DNA of 64,000 nt from Chiloscyllium plagiosum (taxonomy: Eukaryota): positions 7,771,946-7,835,945 of the forward strand of contig NC_057750.1 of assembly GCF_004010195.1 (NCBI RefSeq). The letters run 5' to 3'. Made by a program: the position numbers and the translations under genes. The number at the start of each line of letters is the position of its first letter. Positions within the stretch are counted from its first letter, which is position 1. This document shows, piece after piece, positions 26,853 to 38,600 of the stretch. A model generated the notes under the pieces. That model was not told where the DNA came from, ran no database searches, and was given only the letters and a program-made list of their open reading frames with translations.

Positions 26853-28186
26853 CTGATTGCTACTGTCTAGGAGGGGAATCTTATCCCTACCTCTCATATC
26901 TACCAAAACTTACTTAAAACCCAGCAGGTGGGGACTTAAACTACGTGTTTAACTACATATCTGGAGACAGCCAGGAGGACATTACTGCACACTTCAGCCC
27001 TGATGAATAGTCATCTAAACTCGAAATGTCAGCTTGCTCTCTCTCCATGGATGCTGCCTGACCCGCTGTGATCTCCAGTGTTTTTTATTCCAGCATCTGC
27101 AGTAATTTACTCTTCAGACATAATAGAAACAAGATGTGGAAAGGCAGCATTGAGGGAAGATGTTTTGGAATGTGGAGGAGTATTCAGGCAAAGGATTCCG
27201 GGTAATCCAAAATGGAGGACGGGAAAAATTTCTGGCTGTAACAGCTGCTCCTTTTTTGAGGTATTTTAGGTGCTGATTTCCTCGAATTCTAGGAGCAGCA
27301 ATTACTGTTTTACATGCTGTTGCATTGTTTTGGAACTTTGGGGAAAAAAAAGTCAAAACAATAGCAGTTTTAAAAGGGAGAAGAACAGACAAAGGAAGCA
27401 CATGGTGAGGACAGTGCAGGAGAGAGAGAGAGAGAGAGAACCTGCATAGTTACTGCCTTTGCTGTTTGAATTCATATATCGCTGGAGATCGGAATGTGTC
27501 TGGAAAAATTAACAAACAATGAAATTCACAACTAATCTTGGAGGAACCTGCTTGGACGAAGTTAGGCACTTGGATGAGTATATGAATAGGAAAGGTTTGG
27601 AGGGATATGGGCCAGGTGCTGGCAGGTGGGACTAGATTGGGTTGGGATATCTGGTCGGCATGGACGGGTTGGACCAAAGGGTCTGTTTCCATGCTGTACA
27701 TCTCTATGACTCTATATTGAGCCCTCAAGCATCAATTCCTCAACTGCGGCAGAACTGCAGAAGTCAGGAAAATTAAGGGACTGAGATGAAAAGCTTTTTT
27801 ACCAAGCTTTTTACTCTTATCACTGCCTAACTATAGCAGATATACTGCGGCCTGAAGTCAGGATCTCCTCTGTGGCAACAAAGTTCTTTGATTGAACTCA
27901 AATGAACATTGTATTAACAAACAAATTGTGATGTTGCTTTACCAGGATTCACTTTAGATCAGCAAGCATAAGGCATTAGTGGTAAATGGAACTTGGTGCA
28001 AGTTTAGGAGAAACTCAAATTTGAGAATGCTGTCTAGGAAAGCAAATGCAGCTGATCACCACAGATGCTTCCAACATAATGCTGAAGTATTACAAAACTG
28101 CACAGCAATGAACCTTTACTTTCAGAATGGAATACTAAAGATTGTTTGTCAAGTATGAGTTTTTATATCTGACAATAGAAAACAGC

Positions 28187-28387
28187 TGAAAAATGTGTTG
28201 CTGGAAAAGCGCAACAGGTCAGGCAGCATCCAAGGAGCAGGAGAATCGACATTTCGGGCATAAGCCCTTCTTCAGGACCCAAAACGTCAATTCTCCTGCT
28301 CCTATGTTGCTGCCTGACCTGCTGCATTTTTCCAGCAACACATTTTTCAGCTCTGATCTCCAGCATCTGCAGTCCTCACTTTCTCCT
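28187..28387. mobile_element. Fold-back PLE terminal insertion (family B)
   Basis: Internal inverted repeat. Perfect TSD AATAGAAAACAGC at 28174-28186 and 28388-28400. Hammerhead core on the minus strand at 28245-28277. Confidence 0.82.
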
Positions 28388-28569
28388 AATAGAAAACAGC
28401 ACCCTCTTCTGGTCTGAGGATGTGGACTTTTCTAGTAAAGTTTATAAAACAGGAACCACGCATGAATGATCATAAGATACAATTGTTGCCAGACATGCTT
28501 ATGCATTTTGTTTTGAAAGGCAAGGGCCAGCATTTTTTTTTTAAGGACACAGTGAATAACAACGAGTGC

Positions 28570-28830
28570 AGAAATCTTTATTTATATTCCACCAGCAGGA
28601 AGAAAGGAAACACCTGAGTGGCCAGTGCCCTTCTCAACAAGGGCAATGCTGGGTGATCAAAATAAGCGAAAGGGAGGGCAGGGATTAAATAAAATTAGAG
28701 GCAGAGGGGAAAATAAAACTCCGTGGTGCCCACCTCTCCCTGATAATCTCGAGGGTGTTGTTGGATACCGCGTGCTCCTTCTCCAGGGACACCCAGGCCC
28801 GAATGTGGAAGAGTAGCAGCACATCCTGAA
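28570..28830 (-). mobile_element. Tx1-clade LINE 3' fragment
   Basis: Minus strand reads LLLFHIRAWVSLEKEHAVSNNTLEIIRERWAP, resembling the Tx1 ORF2 C-terminus, then a short UTR with AATAA. Confidence 0.6.
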
Positions 28831-29429
28831 TTACCCTTCAGTAGCTGGTGGCCAGCTGAATTCTTGAACTGCTGCAGCTCACATGGAGTAGGTCCAGCCA
28901 TAGGACTGCTGTGAAGGGGTATCAAGATTTCAACACTGACAGTGAAAGAAACGGCCCATGTATTTCCAAGTCAGGATGGTGTGCCATTTGAAGGGGAACT
29001 TGCAGCTGGTGGTGTTGTTCACATGTCTGCTGCCTTTTCTGCGTCTTACTCATTGAACTTGGCCTGGTTGAATTTAATTAGGACTTTGGATTTGAATGAT
29101 TTGTGGCAGAGTACTTCATTCTCCACAAATCTCAAGTACAAAATTAAAGGCTATAAATATTAGTGTTAGTAGTGAGTCTAACAAGGAATTTTTTAAAAAT
29201 CCTGGAAAGAAGTGCAAATATGTAATTTGGCACCGAACAATTATGGTTGGGTTGAATACTCACCTTCTGTGCTATTAATTACGTGATGCAAAATTTAAGT
29301 GACATTTGCAGCATATGTAACTTCATGGAAACATACAATTAAATTTCATATGTCATACATGGGTCTGAAATAATTCATATTTAATGACATGCAGTAAGTA
29401 CCACCCATTGTAATATAATCTGTCCAAGT

Positions 29430-29830
29430 CCCTGTGATATGAACTAGGAACAGGAGTTGGCCATTCAGCCCCTCGAGCCTACTCTATAATTAAATACTAT
29501 CATAGTCAAATTCAACTCTGCTTCCATTCCACTTTGCTGCCTGCTCCTCATCACCCTGTAACCTATTACTAATTAAAAACATCCATCTCCACCTTAAATT
29601 CAGTATTCGCTATACTATGGGGCATTGAATTCCATAGATTCATGACCCTTCGAGAAGTAATTCCTCCACGTGTCTGAAATTGACCTCGGGATTGTCTCAT
29701 AAGGGGAAACATCCTCAGTGTCTACTTTGTTGGTCCCTTTTAGCCTATTATGTAGCTCGATTAAATCTCCTCTCATTCTTCTAATCTCTAGAGAGTGCAG
29801 GCCTTGAGTACTCAATCGCTCCTGTGGAGA
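29430..29830 (-). mobile_element. Old CR1 fragment
   Basis: GLHSLEIRRMRGDLIE. Confidence 0.75.
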
Positions 29831-32579
29831 GCAAAGAAGGAGCTTGTACGAGACAGCCCTAGGAAAAGTGTGCTATAGAGATTGCTAGAATCCATGATCA
29901 CATGGTCTGTATATAGTTGCAATAATGCAATAAACCTCAGATAGGTTACCCAACAAGACTTCCAGTTAGACGAGAAAGGCAGATACTCTACATTAGAGGA
30001 TCTATACAAAATCACTCACGGCCTGAAGAGACCCATACACATTTATTTTGTGAGCTCAGTTCAAAATACTTGGTTATAGACCTATGCTAGGACCAGAGGA
30101 ATAAGAGATCAAGCTAACTTTGCCATTTAATGAGATAATGACTGATCTTCCACCTAACCTCACATACCTTCCTTTGCTCCATATCCTTAGACACCTTTGG
30201 TTAACAAAAATCTAATCAATCTCAGATTTTAAATCGAACATTTTATTCAACATCAATTGCTATTTGTGGAAGATAATTTCAAACTTCTACCACAAAATGC
30301 TGTCTAATTTCACTCTTGAAAGACCCTGGCTCTAAGTTTCAGGCTATGTCCCCCACCCTGGGACAATCCAAGCAGCTAGTTTCACATAATCAAACGAACA
30401 GTAATAAACAGAAGTAAATCTATTTTTTTCACACTGCTTCACAAATGGGCGACCAAGCAGAAAATGTGTTATATATGAAGTCATAACCACAAAATGTAAA
30501 TACCGGTTTGCACCTGTAATATTGTGGAGCATGAAAATGTTATGTATATTTCAGTGCACAGGAGCAGCTTTGTGATTTAAGGTTCTTTTGTATTCATGAT
30601 TGCCTAGAATTACTTCCCAGTCTCATGCTGCACAGACATGGAAGTGCACAACAATGCAATGACTGTGTTATTCACTGGCAATCTCAAATCCCACTGTGGC
30701 CAGTGGCGGGATCAAATTTAATAAAACTGTGGGTTGACACCAGAATTGAATTCACATTGGAAAGTCCTAACTGATTTACTGTCGTCCTCTAGGGCAAGAA
30801 ACCTGACTCCCAGCTGCGGTCTGAATAACATCTGACTCCAATTTCAGACTACCCAATTGGCTCCACTGTACACTGTTTTGTATTTAGTCATTTCTGTTAA
30901 AAATTACAAATGTTTAGAATTTGCCACACAGACAACTGTGGACTCTCAGTGAGTATATTTAAGACAGAGACCAATAAGATTGGTAGCTACCAAGAGTGTT
31001 AAAGGAAATTAAAGTTGAGATGGATCAGCCATGACCTTACTGAATGGTACAGCAGGTTCAATGATCTGCTCCTGCTCAGATTTCTAATGTTCTTATTTTA
31101 AAAAGGTAGCAGCATGCAGTCAGCTCACTAATAATGTGCATTTGTTAGTCTCACCTCCATTCCAACGGGCAGAAACAACAATCTGTGTTGATCTCAAATT
31201 GCAGATACTAACTTCAACCCAAATGATATGGGGATCTGGAAGGCAGATGTTAAGAAAATGAATAAATTATGCAGAGGCTAGGGTAATGTATAGCATGGGC
31301 TGCAAACAGTGGGGCCAATTTTGTCAAGAGATTCAAGGCAAAGTCGCACGTTACTCCAAAACAGATGGAAATCTGCAAGAGGTGTCAACACAAGTGTTAT
31401 GAATGCAGCTTTGAGCAATTAAATCATACAGGACACGTGTCAACCTTGATCCTCCCTCATCTGATATTAATACATTTTACAAATTTCAGCATAATTTACT
31501 CAGCACTGATCACGAGCACGGACACTGACAGGTTTTCCTCCTCCTAGTCCTAGTCATTCCCACTTAGGTATTTGTTGCTCATTTGCAAGCTCAGATATCA
31601 TTGAATTATGTGGAAAGATCATTATGCTGGTGCCTGCCCTTGCCATCATCTTATATACTAGGGGTTTGGAGGTTGTGATCAGAAGGACATCCTCGTCAAA
31701 CAAAAAAATCTTACAAATGCTGCCTTGACCCAGGTCAATTGATTCAAAAAGCAGAATCATTGAATCCCTACAGAGTGGAAACAGGCTCTTTAGCCCGACA
31801 AGTCCATACCGACCCTACGAAGAGTAACCCAACCAGACCCAATCCCCCAGCCTATATTTGCCCTGGACTAATACACCTAACTTATACATCCCTGGACAAT
31901 TTAGCATGGCCAATCCACCCTAACCTCCACATCGTTGGATGGTGGAAGGAAACCAGATCACCCAGAGGAAACCCATGCAGACACGGGAAGAATGTGCAAA
32001 CTCCACACAGACAGTTGCCAGTGTGTGGATTTGAACCTAGGGCCCTGGCGCTGTGAGGGCAGCAGTGCTAACCACTTGAGCTGAGAAATTAGATGGGGGA
32101 CTCCAATTCTCTATTTGGCTCAGTACTCTATAACTGCAAACATTTGGCAGGAAAGGGAAAAGAAAACGCCTTATTTCGTTTATGGTCTTATTTGGCTTGT
32201 CTCTATAACCATACACACAGGAAACAGCATCAAGGTCATTTATAGCAGCATAGCTTGTTCTGTTGCTCAGGTTTGATCAGGAGCCAACGAAACATGACAA
32301 TTTGTCTCACTATTTCTAACTAGCTGCTTGCCTTACAGTCATCACAGAAGAAAATCAAATAATCTTAAAAGGCATTGCATTAGTATATATCTAAATATAT
32401 ATCGATATTATCTTGCATTTATGTAGCACCTTTAATGTGGTAAAATTTCCCAAGGAACATGGCAGGAGGATTCTCAAACAAAAGGTGATAAAATACATAC
32501 TAGAACAGTGAGCCATCTTAAGAAGAGAGACAGAAAGATTGAGAGAGAACTTCCAGAGATTAAGTCCTGTGACTAGTGG

Positions 32580-33200
32580 AGTACCTCAGTGCTGGGCCAT
32601 TACTGTTTGTTATCTATACCAATGATTTGAATGAGCATGCATAAGGCATGATTAATAAGTTTGCAGATGACACTAAAATAGGTGGTACTGTGGACAGTGA
32701 GGAAGGTTATAAGAAATTGCTGGGGAAGTGGGCTGAGAAATGGCTTAAATAGAGTCATAGAGATGTATAGCGCAGAAACAGACCCGTTGGTCCAACTCGT
32801 CCATGCCAAACTAGTTATCCTAACCTAATCTAATCCCATTTGCCAGCACTTGGCCCTTTTGCCTCTAAGCCCTTCCCATTCATATACCCATCCAGATACC
32901 CTTTAAATGCTGTAATTGTACCAGCCTCCACCACTTCCTCTGGCAGCTCATTCCTACACGCACCACCCTCTGTATGAAAATGTTGCCCCTTAGGTCCCTT
33001 TTAAATTTTTCCCTCTCACCCTAAACCTGTGCCCTCTAGTGCTGAACTCTTCCACCCTGGGGAAAAGACCTTGTCTTTTCACTGTAACCATACTCATGAT
33101 TTTATAAACCTCTTTAAAGTCACTGCTCAGTCTCTGACGCTCCAGGGAAAACAGCCCCAGCCTGTTCAGCCTCTCCCTGTAGCTCAAATCTTCCAATCAC
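32580..33200. mobile_element. CR1 fragments in opposite orientations (RT piece + at about 32580-32750; 3' end - at 32750-33200)
   Basis: PQCWAITVCYL../INKFADDTKIGG RT motif, followed by an inverted 3' tail. Confidence 0.8.
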
Positions 33201-34186
33201 AGTTGTAAATGATGGAGTGATGGACACGGGGAACCACAAGACGTCAGAAACGATAAAGCACAGAGTTAAGAAAAATTCTACAGTTGGAGGTGGCAAGATA
33301 GGGTGATGCCATGGATGATTGAGAAAGCAAGGACGAGAATTTTAAAATTAAGACATCACCAGATCAGAGGCCAATACAGATCAGTGACAGCACTGAGCTG
33401 GATACATTGAATTTCTTTGAAGTCCAGTCACTGTTAGCATGCAGACAAATATGGCACTCATGCAGTTCACAGATATGTTCTCTAAATAACAATGGAATGA
33501 AGATTCAGTCACTCTTTGGTTTAGTGGTGATCTGAGAGAGTAATGTCAGCTCGGGTGACAGCACAGCCTTCTGCTCTTCTGCAAACAGTGTCATGGCATC
33601 TTTTATAACCATCAGAACAAGTGGATCAGGCACAAGTGCTTATTTCTCATCTCACCAGAAGGATAACAGAGCAGCCATCCCTCAGTAATACACTCCAGTG
33701 TTATGACAGACTAAGGTACAAGTTCTCATTTTGCACCAGCTCACACAAAATATCCTAAGATTTTCAGACAGTTAAATGCAGTCTGCTGGGGATGCTATGA
33801 CCAGAAAATTTCAAACAGCAGTGTTTCAGTTTAACCATTGTTAAAGGTATTCTACTTCAGGAAACCCTGTCAATCCTCTAATCATTCATTGCTGCAAATA
33901 CAGACTTGTCCATATGTTATTAAAAAGGTGTGTATACATGCTTTCCTGTTATGGTTTTGCTTATGTAACATGTGACAATGAATTTTAGAATGAAAAACCT
34001 GTATGTAAACAATTACTTATAACTGTGTAGTTGCAGAGTCCAATTGATAAAGAACTGCGGAGCCTATCCAACGATCATGTTTAGAAAGGAAAAATTAACA
34101 GAAGATTATGCCAAGGCTACTTTGAGGGCTCTGATTAAGTACAGTGCAGTTGAATTACTGTGACAGAATCTGTAGAAAACAAACAC

Positions 34187-34192
34187 TTTATT
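34187..34192 (-). terminator. Candidate polyadenylation signal AATAAA
   Basis: Plus strand TTTATT. On the minus strand it is followed by GTGTTTGTTTTCT and preceded by U-rich/TGTA elements. TE density rises just beyond it. Confidence 0.55.
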
Positions 34193-35299
34193 TTCAGACC
34201 TTACACATACAGAACATCACTGATTATTTAAGACAAAGTAAAATAAATAGACATGGAAAACAAGTGCCATAAAAAAAGAGTTACAGTAGTCTTTGATAAA
34301 TACACAACTATTTGAGATAGTGAGATGTACAAAATATCACATATTTAAAATTTTACACAATATACAGTTCCTTTGCAATATATTTGTAGAGGAAGAAAAA
34401 GTACTTTTTTTTTATAAAAGATTTGAGAGTTTAACCCTGTCACACACTCAGCACCAGCAAACAAGACCCCAGTCTCTCATTTTCCAAAGTCTTGCATTGA
34501 TTTGTTTTTCCCATTTTTAAAAATTGTATACGGCATTTTTTCAAACCAGGATGTTTTAGAATTAGTTTGCTATTGTTGGCAGTAACGTAGGGTTCTAGCA
34601 ATATTGAGTTTTATGGGGACCACTGGGAAGGGACAGAATCATTTGGCGAGAGATTGTTAACAAGCCAGCCGCCTACCAAATGGAGACCCAGGAGGCAACA
34701 ATTCCTGCAACCAATGTGTCGAACAACCAGCCTGTAAGCATTACAATAAAGGATGCTTTAAGTAGTAAACTTCCTTCCCAAGTTCAATGGGGCTGGAGTT
34801 GAAATTTCAGACTTTTTGTTTGAGTGGGGAAGGGTTTAAATTGCTCCAACTAATGAAAAAAAAAACCCTTACCTTGGTCAAACTAAGAACCAGACACCTC
34901 CCAACTTAAAAAAATAGGTGGAACAATACCAACAGGCAAATAATGTAACAAATGTAATTTTGTAAGATTTTATGTTTGACAATTTAACACTGGTAAAGAC
35001 TTTGACAAATCATCCACTAGCCATTTTCAACCTGGGTCTAATATGTGGGGGTCTGTACAAAAAAGGACTCCAAGTAGAAGTTATTTGCATCAGCAAGGTT
35101 TTGACAGCAGCACACTGGACAGCTAGCAACCAATAACAATCTGTGGACAAAATCTTTTCCACCATATTCAGGTTGCCCACCATTTACTTTAAAAAAAAAG
35201 CAATATATACGGATTAATTCATTTTCAGCAGCACAACCTTTCTTACCAATAAAGGCAGCTTTAAAGTTTCTTTATGCTATAAACTGGAGGTGGAGAGGG

Positions 35300-35650
35300 G
35301 ACATGATTGAGATGCATACAACTATTAGGGGCATAGACAGGATAGACGTGGAGGGATCAATGACTAGGAGACAAAGACTTAAGTTAAGAGCCAGGAGGTT
35401 TAGAAAAGTGGTGAGGAAATTTTTTTTCCACTCAGCAGATGGTGGAAATCTGGAACTCACTGCCTGTAAAGGTGATAGAGGCAGAAACTCTCAGAACATT
35501 TAAGCAGCATTGAAGTGGGCACTTGGGATGTGAAGGCATACAAGACTATGGGCCAAGTGCTAGTAAATGTGGTTTGAATAGTTAGGTGTTTGTTTTTGAC
35601 CAGCACAGACACGAAGGGCCTTTACCTGTGCTGGAAGCGTCCATGACTCT
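35300..35650 (+). mobile_element. Degraded CR1 3' fragment (antisense within the putative STRN4 3'UTR)
   Basis: RGDMIEMHTTIRGIDR...; ends in CCATGACTCT. Confidence 0.75.
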
Positions 35651-38600
35651 AAACAGTTAACTGCAGGCAAATGTTCCATTGTTGACTGTACATTGGAACA
35701 TTAGAAACACAGTAAAGTGAGCACATGACACTGAGCCAGAAAAAAATGGGCCAATTCCTTAGCTTAGTAGAGGCTGCATACTTTACAAAGAGAAATTTGG
35801 AGAGGGGACAATAGAAAGGCTAATCCTGCAGGTTTCTGCCTTGGAGCTTGGCAAAAGAAAACACTAAAGAACCAAACGCAAAGCTCATACTGACTTTGAA
35901 ATATGATTTTTTTTTAGATAATAAGGAGGTGGTTTCGGGGAATGGCACAGACTTTTTTTTGATGGTGTTGGTATAAGATTAAAAAGACCTTTCAAAGGGA
36001 AGAATTAGGGTATTTAGTTTAAAAAAAATGCTACTGTGCCTCTAGGGTCTCTTTTTCCTTCCCCCAAAACAGAAAATAAATGAACAGTCTGAACTTGGAG
36101 GACTCATCTCCTACCAGGTACATCTTGGAAGAATGCTAAAAATTTCTGATTTTTTAAAAAGGGTCAATAAATTCTGAAAATGCCTTCAAGATAGTTACCA
36201 ATCAAATTCCATCTTCAAATAATTATTTGTAGTTTTCTTTGACTTGGCTGTTTCATTATCACACTGGGGTCCATCTAACACAACATCAAGAGGGAAACTG
36301 GTGACAAGATCTCAAAGAAGTAAATCTAAACAATCAGGATTAAAACTATAAACTGAAATCTTAAACCTGGATTTAAATGATCAATGTTTCATTCCCTCAA
36401 CAAAATCCCAATGCCATCTTGAATTTCCTGCCTGCAAGCAAGAAATTCCTGTCATCAAAGATTCTGGTGTCAAATGATCCTGGCTGCTTACAAAGCTAAC
36501 CAAATGCTGCAAGACAAATTGATAGTGTCAAAATTCCAAATGATTTTTCTTTCAAAATAACCATCTGCAGTGTGATCATTACAAACACACATTTGTATAA
36601 AGCCCCTGCTCTTGAGATTGCTCAAAGTAGCATTTTGCTCCCAGTGCAGAGACTGAGCTGGCCTGTCAGCATGTTGCCTGCCATTAAACATTTGCAAAAA
36701 CTGCCAGGGAGCGTACATTCAGGAAGCTTGTCGACAGGAGTTTGACAACAGGTATAAGATTCCGAAGAGCAAAGGGACTTAAGTCAGAAGGTCTCTGACT
36801 GGAAGTGCATACTATACAGCAGGGATGTCCAAAGCATGATTCATGAGACCAGGCAATCCAACCTTATTTGTACCCATATTTCACATCTACCACATTTATA
36901 GTTTTGACAGTCCAGAGGATTTGGAAAAGGTCCATTCGTGTAGCTGTTCCTTCACTGAGGGACAAAACCTAAATCAGAACATCAGGATGCTAACTGCAGC
37001 AGCTTCAGAAAGGTGAGAAAAAGAATTTAAGCTTCTCAAGTGGTCCTAAGGTTCCAAGAGCTGCACCTGTACAGCTCATGAACACAGAAGCGTTGGACAG
37101 TCCCACTGAATAGAATGTCATTCTGAATGCCATAGAACAGTTATTATACCACTTACAATATAAATGAACTGAAAATATATATTATATATATTATATATAA
37201 AATCAATGTCAAAGTCTTTGTTTGAATTGTATTTGTTATGTAAGTTTTTGCTTCCTAGAATGCTACGTTTGCTCGGTTATATTGTTAAATGCCACATGAA
37301 GAAAATGTTAGTTCTGAAATAAACAAAGGTCAATATCACTTGGAGGCATTTTGTTCACATTTATGTAACAACTTAAATATTATGCTCAGTTCGCAATTGA
37401 ATAAAACCAGTCTAATTCTTTCACAGCTCACCAGTACTCACTATCCTCCATTCTCTTCTTGAAAGATATTGTCATGTGATTATAGGAAGCCATTCTGTTT
37501 CTCTGATACTGAGTACAGAAAGGCCATTTTATTGTGATGTGTAGGTAAGGGGAGAGGTGCACATTACAGATGTATGGTCTTCAGCTAACGATACTAAGTG
37601 TTCTGTCCACGACCTGTTTCTGAACAGGAAACCTGACGAATTTTCCCATCTCTCATATCTGTTTGGTTTGCCAAACCACACAACTGCGTTTTCCCACTTA
37701 AACCACAGGAGGGAGCCATTGCTGATCTAGCAGAGAAAGTATCTTGAAGCAGCAAATATATTTTAATCAAGAAAAGAGTGATCAAATTAGCAAGTGAAGA
37801 AGTAAGCACTGCTGAGCTGATTAACCATGGTAAGCATCACATTCACATCTGATCTGCATAAATCCAATGCTCATAACTTTCCAGTGACCCCTAATCTCCT
37901 CAACTAGATAGCAATAAGTTGCAGAAATTTTGTCTGATGGCTTTTAATGTCTCTATTGCAAAGCTCAACTGCAGCACATCAATTCCTGGCCCAGCTGATG
38001 AGAACCACCCAACTCTCTATTTACTGGGATTGAATAGAGGAGTTGCCTGATCAGTACAGTATTGTGACTTACTGAGATGTTGAGTGAGCCCCAAAAATAT
38101 TTTGTTTTAAATAGTAATAATCGATAACAAATGCAAAAAAAAACTATATCAGTAATGCTGTGGAAAGCAAGCAGCATTTAAAATATCTATAACAGGATGC
38201 CTCTTAGTGCTACTGGCCTCCGTGTATTTACATGCCAGGATGTATTCACTTTGAAACATTATTGGCTATAGTTTCATTTAGAAAACATCTTTGTACTGAC
38301 TAATTAAATGGATTACCATTTCATAATTTGAAAGTACTTTGCAGAATTAAAAGTTTACTGTAGCCTGGGTGTCCTGGTAAATAATCGACACCAGATTCAT
38401 AAGATGGGGTGTTACCATTGTTTACCTAGTGAAGTTCAAAGAAAAAAAATGATCATCCCTTTTTCCTCCTCTGCTGAAGGCGATACTCGCACGTTGAGGT
38501 ATGAGTTTCACTAGCAGCTGACCAGCACTTTCCCTAAGGGTAAGTCTGGATAGTGAGTGTTAATAGGTTATTTCACTACGGAACAGCATCAGAATTAATA

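Noticed and set aside
27120..27565. Possible LTR or promoter-like segment with (AG)n
   Set aside because: Single copy in the window. No paired LTR, PBS or TSD could be established.
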